Positions 10,725 through 23,800 of a stretch of 64,000 nt of DNA are shown here, piece after piece; position 1 is the stretch's first letter, and every line of letters starts with the position of its first letter. This DNA comes from Phoronis australis. Its lineage: Eukaryota > Animalia > Phoronida. The stretch lies in the NCBI GenBank assembly GCA_002633005.1, contig NMRA01000054.1, positions 252,952-316,951 of the forward strand, in the 5' to 3' direction. The translations under genes were made by a program, and so were the position numbers. The notes below the pieces were generated by a model, which made no database searches, was not told the origin of the DNA, and worked only from the letters and a program-made list of their open reading frames with translations.

Positions 10725-12657
10725 GTTAATTTATCATTCTAACTTTTGCCCTGTGTCGTTGCGTAAATCATGAGTTATTGCAGGGGTCACCAGGGCGGTC
10801 GATATCAACCTCAGTGGTCTATTGGACCCTCCACGGATTCGATGATACGCCACAGGATCAATTATTGATCTACGGCTATCACCGCCATTCTTGAAATTTG
10901 CGCTTTCCTTCGGTATCTCTATCGCCTTTGAAGCATGTCTTATATTCATATATTCATTTGTATACAATTTACGGATTTAGTATTTGGAATAAGCTCACAT
11001 AACCGATATTTGTTTCGAAAACACAAGGCAAACACAACCTCTTGGGTCCAAGAACAATTATTGCCACACATGGAAGAATAAATCGAAGTCGCCTTAAAGT
11101 GCTTGAATTTATTGATATCACAAGGACTCAAATTGTACTTTCGGATGCCCTGATAATTGCGCTAGTTAGAATGTTACGTGATCTTTGTCGACCTCAAAAA
11201 ATATTTAAAAATATGTTTCTGACACTACAATAAAAAAATCTTGACATCACTCTTCCTGGACTGACGGTGACTGATTCATCTACAGTGCTGGCTGTTCAAA
11301 ATGATAATTTTATTAAATGACAATTTTGATGGGAGAATGCTGACAATTTCCGAGACGTTTAACAGAAATTGTTAACGTTTCCGACTAGTAATGATATGAA
11401 ATCTGTCCTGTCGATTTTTTGTTACAGCATCTATAAATGAACCCGCCTGCCATCAACTTTTGTTTGAGACCTATTAACTGCAGTTATGAAAGTGGTTTCA
11501 AATTCATCAAACTGGAGGTAATTCAGGATTTCCAAAGAATTGCAAATGTCATATTTCTTTAGACCAAGATCATAAAATTTCAAGTCTGGCTGATCAGTTG
11601 CAGAAAGCTTTAAAGTTGTCGGGCAAGTCTTTAATTAGCAGTATATCTACAAAATTGCCGATTTTGACCCAATGCAATTACATCTTAGATAACCTGTAGA
11701 ATTAACAACTAGAAAGGCACATTGATAGCACCAAATGGTTCCAAGAATTGTTTGATATAAATGTTTTATGGGAAATACCCTCATTATTTTAATTTCCTTT
11801 ACTGTCGATTTGAAGTTTTTTCATTAAAAATCATATAAATTCCTATACTTGATAGCCGTTCATGCAAAAGTGGAACATTCTAAAATGTTCCAAGCAGAAT
11901 TTTGGCAGTGAATAGTGAATAAAGCATAGTATTTTCAATCGGTCATTTGTGAGGCATTCTAAATCCTAGGGGACTAAGTGACGTCATCACAAACCTTGAT
12001 CATTGCTAATTATCAAGAACTCTACAAAACTACGGTTAGCTTGTGGTTGGAGAGTACCATAGATGAATATGCTATTTGCCGCAATACCGTGAGGCCCGAG
12101 CTAACTAATTATAAAAATTTAAGGCCAGTTAAGAAGAAATAAATTTTCTCCTAAGGTGGGCGAGGGATACACCGGTCCTCTCGAAATGTCTTTTTTCGAA
12201 TATAAGTCTTTGATGACTAAACCAACCCGATCGCTTATAGATTGAGTCACTACAAACGTGTTATTTTCAAAAACTATTGACACCAGGGGGCCGATGATTG
12301 ATAAAAAAAATCTTCCAACGAGTCTAGGACGAAAAAGGGTTGGTAGACCAATGCGAGGACTGAGTGCGAAAGTCGTCACTGTTTCCATCCCTCGTCTAGT
12401 TACACGTTATTTACACCTGTCAATCAAGCCACAGCCGTTTTCATAACTGAAGGAGCAACAAGGACCTTTATCCAACATTATCCCATATAATTCCCATTAA
12501 TGTACACAACTGAAAGCATGCATAGGCATTTAAAAATGGCGCACTCAATACTTTTTGAACACTAAGTATGCAATATCCCATTGTGCTTTAAAGTTGACAG
12601 TAACTGAAAAACTAAAATGTGTCATCACATGAAAAAACAACAAAATTCAATTAATAA

Positions 12658-12663
12658 TTTATT
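12658..12663 (-). promoter_or_regulatory. Candidate poly(A) signal of CI-MPR (3' UTR about 2 kb)
   Basis: AATAAA on the minus strand (tttatt), followed by a U/GU-rich tract (plus-strand aaaaaacaacaaaa, about 12632-12645). Confidence 0.45.
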
Positions 12664-12971
12664 ACCAGGCATTAGGAACAATGATATTTACACATTAACA
12701 AAATTCTTAGTGTTTAAAGCAAACACAAAGGCTTAAAACGGGAACTACACAGACTTTAATGCACAAGAAACTTGACAACTGTATAGTAATTACAAGAAGT
12801 TCATGATTATACATACACACAAATGTCCCATTACTGACCAATCACTTTCTATCCCAGGTAGGCATAATAACAAAATTTTGAAGAAAGTAAATGTTCTGCT
12901 TGACTCCTACCATAAATTTCAACAATTACCTTTAGACTTCCAAGCCACAGAACTAAAGGTATAGTAGAAAA

Positions 12972-13134
12972 TACCGTAATCATTCGGGTTAACGCCCTGG
13001 GCAGTTAAAGTGGCGAATCCAAAAAATCGGGGGAGGGCGCTTAACCGAGCAGTGGGCGGTTAAATCGAAAATCCACTTTAAGTCGGGTATGGGCGGTTAA
13101 CTGAGCATGGGCGTTAACCCGAACGATTACGGTA
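12972..13134. mobile_element. TA-flanked MITE (Tc1/mariner-pogo type) in the putative CI-MPR 3' UTR
   Basis: taccgtaatcattcgggttaacgccc ... gggcgttaacccgaacgattacggta, 25/26 matching including the TA; internal gggcggttaa subrepeats. Confidence 0.85.
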
Positions 13135-14717
13135 GCTTTATCCTGACCACAGGAGTTATCTGGGGAACAAAATTATTAATAACAGGAGTCGTGTATACCA
13201 CTAATTTATTAAAATTCAGTGAATTAATCTGCAATCTAAAAACTTTCCATAATATGGCTTGGGGTGCATTAATTATAGTCAAATATACACCTCAAAGCAG
13301 CCACCATTTTCCTCATTGCACATAACAAAGGAATGTTGCCATAGGCTTATGAGCATTATGTGATATTGTACTGATTCAGTTTATTCTAGTGTTGGGCAGT
13401 CATTGTCAAAAGACTCTGAGAATGTGGCTACCCCCAGTGTGAACTATTGTGGTCAAGTCTACAAAATTCTTATTGAATGAAATCCCATATTAACTAATTT
13501 GATTTGACCACAACCTTGTAGATCATAACCACGAAAAAGGATAATTATCACAATGAAATGCCACCAGGTGGCACATCTCTAACCTTCTGGACAACCATGC
13601 AACCAGAAATTTTAAGATCCTTCAAGAATCTGGCAGAAATGAATCCACAAATTTAAATATTGTTAACAATGTACTTCCCAACTCAGGGTTCCAGTGGACT
13701 CAACTTCCAACACTTTTGGGGCCCATTTCCACTACACTGGCACAAAATGGTACACAATGTATACGGACTTTGAAAATGGAGAACAAGTTATAAGTTAACC
13801 AAGAAATGTAACAGGTGGTTTTTATTTCCTTAGATTTATTTCTTACAACTTATCAAAATTCTACCCAAGATCATTTCATGAGGGTGTTCAAGTGTCTGGT
13901 TTATTGTTAAACACTCTACAAGAGCTCATTTGTTCAGCATCACACACTGGTACAAAGACCAATTATCTGTCACGTTGAAGTTATCGCTAATGACAGAGGT
14001 AATTATCTGGGCTGCACACAGTAGACCCAAGACACTCGCAAAGCATTTGTGGCAAAAAAATCTTTGCTCAAAAACACGAGCAGTGAATTCTATTCTGTAA
14101 TTCACCATTCCGGCAACTTCACTTAAGAGGCAGCCATTTTGCTACTATACGTCAGTAAGATATTGAGCCTACTCAAGAAACAATCGTCTTTCACTTGAAC
14201 GATTTCACATGATCTTGCTTTTTACTAGGTTCTGACGTCTGTAGAATGCAGCACTATACAAAACAATCTTAGATCAATGCTCTTGATAGTCTTGTCTGTT
14301 GGCCCATAGAGGTTCTTGTACTAATCATTTATTGATAAAATAACAGGTACTGTGGAATGGGTCGGGTTTGCAAGGTGACAAACCCAACAATTCAGTACAC
14401 ATCTTATTTAGCTCAATTGCATCAAATGCCACAAAAATGCAGCCTCTGGTGAACATCACAAGGATACTTTAACCTATGAGCAAATAGCACCACTTTTTGA
14501 AGCAAAATAAAGTTGAGAATACTCATCAACCTTCAAACTTAAGTGCAAGTTGAAGACTCCTTACAACTGGTTAAATCAACAAGATGACCCATACTTTCAG
14601 CTACAATGGCGCAATATAACATACAAAAAATGTTTCTAATGAAATCACCAAACAGGCATTTAGTATCTTTGATTTATATTTGTGAACAGTGGACAGGTCC
14701 ACCCCCACTCATGTTCA

Positions 14718-14831
14718 CTAAAGCAACATGTCAACATCACTGTCGTCATGGTAACTGGTGACCAGTGCTGATGATTCACTCGATTCTGCCGCCATGTTGT
14801 TCATAAGAACATCATCCTCACCAGACAACAA
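14718..14831 (-). CDS. IGF2R: CI-MPR last exon (LLSGEDDVLM...HDDSDVDMLL*)
   Basis: ttttag acceptor, phase 0, TAG stop; acidic-cluster dileucine-type end. Confidence 0.9.
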   Translation of the reverse strand: MLSGEDDVLMNNMAAESSESSALVTSYHDDSDVDMLL

Positions 14832-17800
14832 CTAAAACCAAACAAAAAGCAACGTTTGTGAAGTGAATTTCTGTTTTCAAAGGAGTCGCTTCTGATAGGT
14901 TCACCATTTCGTTAAAGCCACAAAGCCACATTCTGGTGCTAAAAACATCAACATTTTTGCAGGTGTGCTTGCCCTTCCAAAACGTCATCACAATCTTATC
15001 TTTTGTTATAATTGAAAAATGGTTACGATACTTTTGCCTGGAATTTCCCCAGACAACCATAGTGCATTGGCGACAGAAATTATCCGCCTTAACAACCAAC
15101 TTAGTGGCCTTAGTCTGAAGCAATAACTTGCCATATGTAGGGACCCAAAGCTAAACGATCACAGTGTTTTACTACAGATTTTAATTCACCAATAGAACTA
15201 GGCGTGATCATAAAATGATGCCCACACTTGACCACCGTATCAAAGACCTACCTTTGAATATTCATATCTATGTGGGTTGGATGTTCTTGGGCTAAATATC
15301 GATTTCAACTTGAGCCTAAATGCAGTCCTGAAATAGACAGACATACATGTTCAAAAAATACTGTATTCTTTTTTAGTCTCTACAGGCAGGATAGCTAAAC
15401 ATATGGATGGCATGGCAGAGACATTATTCCACAAAATATGCCCCTTATTAGTTGGGATCACCTCACATGGCGCAATAAGATCAACAATTTGCAACACAGG
15501 TGGCAAAAAACTACCAAAATTTGTTGAGACTTCTTCCAAATAATGGATCCCAGCTATTGAGTGGCAGGAGTTCCCATTTTCTCCAAATTTGAGCCGCTGA
15601 GTCATCCTAAATGACGGGGGTAACGGTAATTCTCCTATAACTCTGCAAAACCAGTCCTTCATACTAACTTACCTTCTCTCTTGTTTATGAAAGACGACTA
15701 GCAGAAGACCAAGAAAGATGAAACCCAAGAACACTGCGACGATGGCTGCCACTGTGCTTGCAGACATACCTCCACTGACTGAAGAGTTATCATCGTGGCT
15801 GTCTGGTTTGTTATTATTGGGTACAGCAGATGGATTGACACTATAAATGAAACGAGTGCATTGAGAAATGTCTAATTTCAAGCCTTGTCACTGTATAACA
15901 TGACATAAACTCATAGCATCAAAAAATTCATATAATTTCCCTTAAAGCTGCACTTGCCCTCTTAAACTGGCTTAAAAATGAAAACTGAAACCATCAATCA
16001 CTCAATAAAAATGCTTCAAAGTTTGTTAAGTTTGGCTCATTTGTCAATGAATTAAGATCAGATGAGCATGGTAATGTTTCAAACCACAAAACACTTCAGT
16101 TTAGACAGAAATGAAAACTGTTAACAAAATTCTGCTATCGTATGAGAAAAAAATCTGAATTCTGTGGGTTACAGGGAACTTAATTTAAGACACCATATGG
16201 TCAACAGCTGAAATATTGTATTTCCTCATTGCGTAACTCTGGCAAATCCACTAGAGGATTTATTTTGCGGAAGCCCAAAAGCTGAATCCAAATTTAAAGC
16301 AAAAATGAACATTTTGCAATATGGCTTTCAGTAGTTCAGAAGTGAATTAGAAAATATTGTGAAAGGCTAGTTAAATTGAGCAATTTCTTTTCTAATGTAA
16401 CAGTTACGCACCCTGAGTGGGCAGTCAATGACGTTCAAATATTAATAGTTGAGTTTGATTATGAAGCATCAACCACAAACATTAAAATCTCTTCAGTTAT
16501 CATAAGGCAATTTTAAGATGAAAAATAACATTAATTTCAATCTCAGAAATCTTATTGGTGATGCTCAATAAAACCTAAAACATATTTATATAGAAATTCT
16601 TGACATTAACATGACTTAGACATAATGGAATACAAATGACTTGCATAATTCCAAAAGATGCCATCCACCACTGAAAAACGTTTGCAAGATGCATATTTTT
16701 GTATGACTTTGCAGCGACTTCAAGTTGTATTTTTTAAGTAGTAGTATCGTCAGTTTTACAATAAGCCAGAAATAAAAAAAATCCTTTAAAATATCAGCTG
16801 TCTACATTTGTCTTCCATGTCCAGAGCTAAATGCTCTCATACTATCTATTGCAACAATGCTAAATTGATTTTATGCAGTTCCCATGGTCAGGCAAGCACC
16901 AATGAAGATAGAAACAAAACACACAAACAAACAAATACATACACGTCTGGCTTCACACACATTGCCGGTGTCAGCCATTGAAAGACATAGTCACAGCCAT
17001 GAGACTCGTATAGAAATGTTGGTTTGTCCTAAAACAGAAAAGATTAGCATTCAACATTATACAAATATGGGCCAATCCCGAGAGTGATATCAGGTCAAAT
17101 GGACCGAGGAAAAGCAATGAAAGAGCGAGGGCAACAATGCTCTCCTGAGGCCCACATTGCCTGATATGCACAAGGGATCAATCTATTTGTATTATTAATT
17201 TATTATACAATCACTGATGCTCATTTGATTTTTTCATCTCTTATTGGATTAGCAAAGGTTTAACTACTTTGATGAACTGGTGTCGTATGTTTGCTTTGTT
17301 GTCAGCCACTTATGGTTTCAGTCGTCAGATCCCAAATAACGAAATCTGAAGTGCAGGGAGCATATTGATCACATAATAAAATGTTTTGTATAAATTAGAA
17401 AATGACATGATCTCTGCTAGTACCCCAAACATCAGCGAGGACTTATATTAGAAAATGGGGACCACAAATACAAAATGTGGCATGCATTATATCATAATGG
17501 ATATTTGTTTAGTTCCAAATCTGGCCGCCTTAAAAACAAAGTAATAATTAGAAACTGTGCAGCTCAATCAGGCAAACAGCAAAAAACAATAAATATTGTG
17601 GTTTACAGCCTTCTTAGAAAAATATGATGTGACAGACAGTGAAACAATTATTCTTGGAAGTATGAGTCTGGCTCTTGGGTTTGCATGCTAATTATCGCAA
17701 ATGGGTTTTTCAGTTTCAACACATACAACTGACTTGAGAAAAACACTAATTGTCTTTACTGGAATTCCGCTTCCTTCATGGGTGAAATTCAAACAAGCCC

Positions 17801-20800
17801 ACATACGTTTAGGTATTTCTGACCATCAATTGAACTTAGATGCTGCCCCTTATTCTGAGAAATAAAAACATAACCCAACCTTCATGCTGTAGTTGTCAAT
17901 AACATTTCCCTCCTAGCATACAACACATAAGATCTCACGGTCAACGAGATTCCAGCTACTGTGATATTATACGTAAAACTCATAACAGGATCACAAACCA
18001 CAGCAAAATCATGGCTCTGAAAATAGGCCTATGATCCCCTCACCATATATTTGGGGGCTGCTCGCGGAAAATTCCAGTACCCTCCACCAGGAGTGAGGGT
18101 GGGACAAGGAGAAACGAGAAATAACGGAGAATGCAACAACTTTTGATGTTACATTCACTAAAAATACAAATTCTTGGTTAGCTCAGAAAGGCAATTCTTG
18201 TTACTACCGGTAAGTACCATTACTCTGGCTCTTGGCAAAAATACAAAGAAGTGTAAATGGCACAGCAACAGACCGACAGGTCATTGTGTACCAGTGACTG
18301 TGCAAACAAAATGGCTGACACATAGTGAGTTCTGACGCAAGTTAGTCATTGTGTTTCCTCTATGGAAAAGAATGGACATATAACAAGGTGTAGACATTTT
18401 GCTGGCCATTAACATTTCGTTTTTCTTTTATTGCCAAGGGCAAGATGAACAGAACTAAGCAATGAATTTTGCCTTTCCGAGATAACCAAGGATTAGTATT
18501 TTTAGAAAAGATAACACCAAAAGCACATTGATAACCAAGTTCGTGTAACAGTGTTAGGGCATGTTTTCCACCTTGAGGATATTTTAAATAAGTCCTTGAA
18601 AAAGGTACTTTTAAGTCTCTTAAATAGAATATTCAACAGCAATAGGAACCCACCCAAGGCACTACAGTTTGTTACTTTTCATGGACTTAGCACACAATAT
18701 GGTAGAGTTTCATTATGGAAAATTTAGGCAGCTGTTTGATTATTAATATGGTTTGTATCAAATGGCAGAAATCTAGTTTTCTATTTATGTAACAAGAGGT
18801 CAATTAGCCATTAAAAATAGAAAGATTACAATATATAAAATATAATTTTATTGTGCAAAACAACAGAAGAGTTGGTATAGGTGCCTTGATGCCTGGGAAG
18901 GACACACTCAACTAATGCATACAGCCGTGTATAGTGGCAAGCTCAGAAACTTTCCTTTTAGCACTGCCACTTCTAGTGCAATCAATTTCTAACCATTGTA
19001 AACGAAGAAGATTGGTTTTTCATTTTGTTGATGAGAATCAAAAAAACTCTCAGTTGGCTGAAAACCTTGTCGCTTACAACTTTATTGACTGAAATGTACA
19101 CATCCACCAAACAACACTTCCTGTCAAATTTGCATAGTGCACATTTTCTCAGGCTGGATATCATGGCTTAAAGCACTCTGAGGGTGAAAACAAATTAAGG
19201 TATGATATTAACCTCCTGCTCAAGAATCAATAAGTATTTAATGTTTGCAGAGTCTTTTCAACATCAATGACAGTTCACCTTAGTGTAAAGTAGTTCAATC
19301 AATTGTGCGATTTGCAGGTGCTTGGTTTGAATTTCCAAGCCAAATTATTGATTATTGAGTACCAAGTTACACACTTGAGTAATGTAAGTCAACTGAACAA
19401 TTTGTAACCTTTTAATGTTGGCAAACTATTGTAAAATTGAAAAATCAAATTACATGATCTCACATAAAGAAAACATAAAATCAAAATATTAAGTAACATG
19501 AACAAAAACAAAGACAATCATCAAAATATTCTTTCAAAAAAGTTGATTGTATACACCTTTCCTTAGGTTTTGGTTCGTTATTTTGGTGACTGAATTTTAT
19601 TTTTAAAAAGGATATTTAAAAAATAACTAACAAAAATGAAACCATACAAATAACTTTCTTGTTGAATCCAAGAAGACCATCAAACTAGCCTAAGTGCACA
19701 TAACAATAAAAATTGCAGTCATGACACCATGATGTATTTTGAGAATCTAACATAATTTTCAGGGATCACTATGACTTCTAGACGTGACCATTTTCAAACC
19801 AAACGCAATTACAATTCTTTTAATGTATTCTGAATCAGTGGCCTTAAACATGTTTGATTTAAAATTCTGAATTTTTAAACAGTGAACACACTCTGTAAAA
19901 ATGAAAACTGCATTACATGGTGAAATGTCATGAATCTTCAGTTTTGATGATTGAATGCACAATCAAGTCGGCCTGGAGTTTGAAACATTCATGTAGAATT
20001 TTTGTAAGAAATCATGTTTGAAAAGATCAGTTGATTACCAACATCTGGTCATCATTTTCATACACGCGGTGTTTTTGCGAATCGTCCTGAATTTAACAAA
20101 TGGCCTAGCTCCATGTTTTAAGTATCTAAATTCCAGTAAATTGTCACCGTTTCCTGTGAAAACCTGCTAGGGACACATTGTGTGTGACACAAAATATGTT
20201 TTTCTGTCATCTCATGACCACAGCATACAATGTTGTCCCTGAACTCTTATTGTTAAACAATGGACTAACATACAGGAACATTTGATGAAGTGAAGCAGTA
20301 AAAGTTGCAGATTTTCAGACAGGATTGACATCCACTTAATCTCTAAACAGAAGCAGAAACTACATAATCTCTATCATATTACCAGCTCTTCAAAATTGAT
20401 CATGCAAAATGCTACCTACAAAAGTTTCAGTTGATAACGATCTTGAATGATGATACAGGAAATTTGAAGGGATATGCAAACAGACCAGAGATTGAATCAT
20501 AATTGGTCTGAAATTATGACTCATTAGCAGGTAATTGGTCACTTCTTAAACTAAGATTGCGACTCTCGAAGGTTGTCATGCTCGTTAAAAACAAAACATG
20601 CTTAATCAAGATGGAATTAGACCAGGTGAGATTTCAACATGGATTGAGATAACAAACACTTTGGCATGCTGTCAACATTGGGCCAGATTTCTAACAAACA
20701 ACTCCAGACTTTAAGCAAAGGTTTAATAGGTAAGCACGTTTCATAGGTACAGCTGCAGTGGAGGTGTTTCTTGACAATACAACAGCAAACATCATCTCAT

Positions 20801-23800
20801 GGTACAAGTTCTAGTGGTTTAGTCAGTGTAAAAAATGTCAGAAAACACTCAACTGTGAAATTGCAGTGTGCAGGCTTTCCCAATTTGAATGACACAACAA
20901 TGAAAGTTTTGGGTAATACTATCAGCAGGTTAAAATATCTACACAAATAACAGTACATGACAAAAGCAATCACAAACGTAATCAGAAAAAAGTTTGTTAG
21001 CCCGTAACAACAGCTAATTCTGTTAACAAAAATGTTTGTTAATGACTATTATGGCCCCAAACAGCTTTAGGTTATGTAGGACCTTATAAAGAAGTTTGTA
21101 CATTCAGCCAAATATCAAGAAAACTACAGAGGTTCACTCGGTCTGTATAAGTAATACATTTTCTGATAGTAGAAAACCTATATAATTTGATTTTTGACGT
21201 TTTATAAATCTGTCATTAATTGGGTCACGTTTCCACATCTCTTTAGTAAAATACAGCACAAAAGGAAGGTAAATAGCAAAACATCACTGTCAATAACATA
21301 AAAATTACATTGCATCTGATATAAATATTCAAGATGGAAAATCAAAAACACTGTTACAGTTTTCTAAAATATCATACTGTACTGGTTTGATGCAAAGTCT
21401 TGAGTTTGACATTTTCCATAAAAATCGTTAATCTTGATAGCCTCCCGTGCAAAAATGGAACGTTTTTAAACAATTTCTGACAGCGTTTTGAACAACAGCG
21501 AACAAAGATGGCTACCTGAAGATTTCTTAGAAATCTGAGCGGGATCCTATGTAACCACAACTACATTAACATTCCTGTTAGTTCCACTTCCTTCTTGGTC
21601 AAGGGGCTAGGCATAATGATGGGGAATTCTGAGTCATTTTGTCTGAATACTTTTGGCTTGCACTGTATAACTGAACTCTAATCTATTATTTCAGTAGAAA
21701 AACTTATGGATAAGGAAACTTAACTACATTCTGGCAAAAATGGATCCGCAGCATGACCAAATTTGTGTTGATACAAAGATATCATATTAAAAAGCTGTCA
21801 CATTTTTTTTAATTTCGTTTTTGTTTTACAACATAAAATATCACAAGAGCACCGTGGAGCGTTGAAATGCACCCACGACTGCAAAACAAATGGTGTGCTC
21901 CAAGGGGTGTTTATTTGTATCATAAATAATGGCCATTAGATGGCTCTGAATACCTTGAACCCATCCAAAAATGGGAAGGTATCGTCGTCTCTCAAAATTA
22001 TTTACCAAATTTCATGAAAATCCAACAAAGAACTCCAAACTTAAGATACTAAAGGCAAACGTAAAAACAAACCGGCTTTAGTCGAATCCATCCACCTGTT
22101 GTCAAGTAAATACAAATATAATTGCAAAATTTCAAAAACACCTTGCAAGGGGTTAAGGAAATACAGTCAAATTTAATAAATATCCTGCAGAAGATGCGCC
22201 ACAGTACTCCGAGCCGTCCAAAAATCACGTTGGACAGGATGACAGCATAATGCGCTCACATATAAATATGTGGACACATAAAAATGAAACATTTTGAAAA
22301 CCAAGTGCTCACACTGCTTTGAAGAACAGTCAAAGAACGGGGTTTTTTTACTAACTGTCAATTCCCAATTCATTTGTGAGAAAAGCATTATAACTTGGAT
22401 ATTGCAATAATTGCACAATATTCAAAGGCAACTTTTAACTGTCAGTCTACAACTAACTTACATCTCCATCTTGATCACACTGGACATCAATTTGAGAAGT
22501 TACAAACTGGTCCTTAAGGTGGTGACACTTGTCAGCTGACTCGTACACGATCTCCAAGACATCATCTAAAGATTGAAACAAAATATCAATGCTCTATAGT
22601 GGGCAGTCTCTCAGAAAACATCAGATTCTGCACTTGTCCCAGTTATAGAAGAGGACAGTCATGTGTACATGCTATATTAAGCAGCCAGCTGGTCTTTGAA
22701 AATACCCTGACCACAACATACAAAGACCATCATCTTAAGAACACTCAAAACAGTTCTTGGTGCAGTAAAGAACCCCATTAGCTGTGCATAGCAAGGTTTC
22801 ACTGGCTGAAGCAGAGACAGAATTGGACTGCTAGATCTGATAGGAGATACTGACCCCAAATATTTCTCAGAGTTCTAACTACTAGGGTAATGAACAAGTG
22901 AAGAAATTAGTCTTGAAAATGCAATGTTATTTTGATATGACAAGTACTCTGGTTGTGCTGCTCACTGAGTCATTTGTAAAGAAACAGTTATTTTGCAAAA
23001 CATGAGTGCTGGTCTTTAAAGATGTCTCATGACTTTTTTTGGTCACTCCTTCTTGAAACACGTCTATTTTATTTCCAATTGATTGGTTTCCAAGGCACTC
23101 CGGTCGTCGACCAATTTTCCGACTTAATGCATTGTGTTCCGTACACGACAAAACAAAAAGCTATTGAAGTAACAATTCACAGATGGCTTATATTCATGAT
23201 GCGAAATGAAACAAGATTACCGATTGAACTATTATATTTTCTTTTGCATTTATTTGTACTTTGTAATGGCGACATGTTTGAATTGCTGAAAATTGCCATG
23301 TGTATATTATGAATGCAAAGACATTCCATTTGCTGAAGTTATGTTAAATAGATTCGTCATTAGTTTATAAAAGGTATTGGTGATATGTGATGAATGAATT
23401 TCAATGAATTCTATCACCAAGCATTAACCTTCATTCAATTTTCGCCACTGCCAGCAAAGTTAGTGGTGAACCATTAATAATAGTTGACCAAATTAAATAA
23501 TCAATACATAATTTTGCTCGAATAATACATAGTTTTTCTGAAACCTAGAACAATACTGGCCACCCTTGAAAGCAGTAGACCAAACTAAAGTGATGCTATA
23601 AGTTTTCAAGTTTATGTTGCATGACAATGACCATGCAACACTAACAAGCAAAGAAACTGCAGTTTTAACTGCGTAATGGAATATTTAAATATATTTAATA
23701 AAAACACTCCATTAAAGATTCCAGCCAGTCTCAGATATAAGCTGACCCCAACTTCATATTGTGACGTATAAGGCCACATGCTCAAGTATAAAAAACATAT

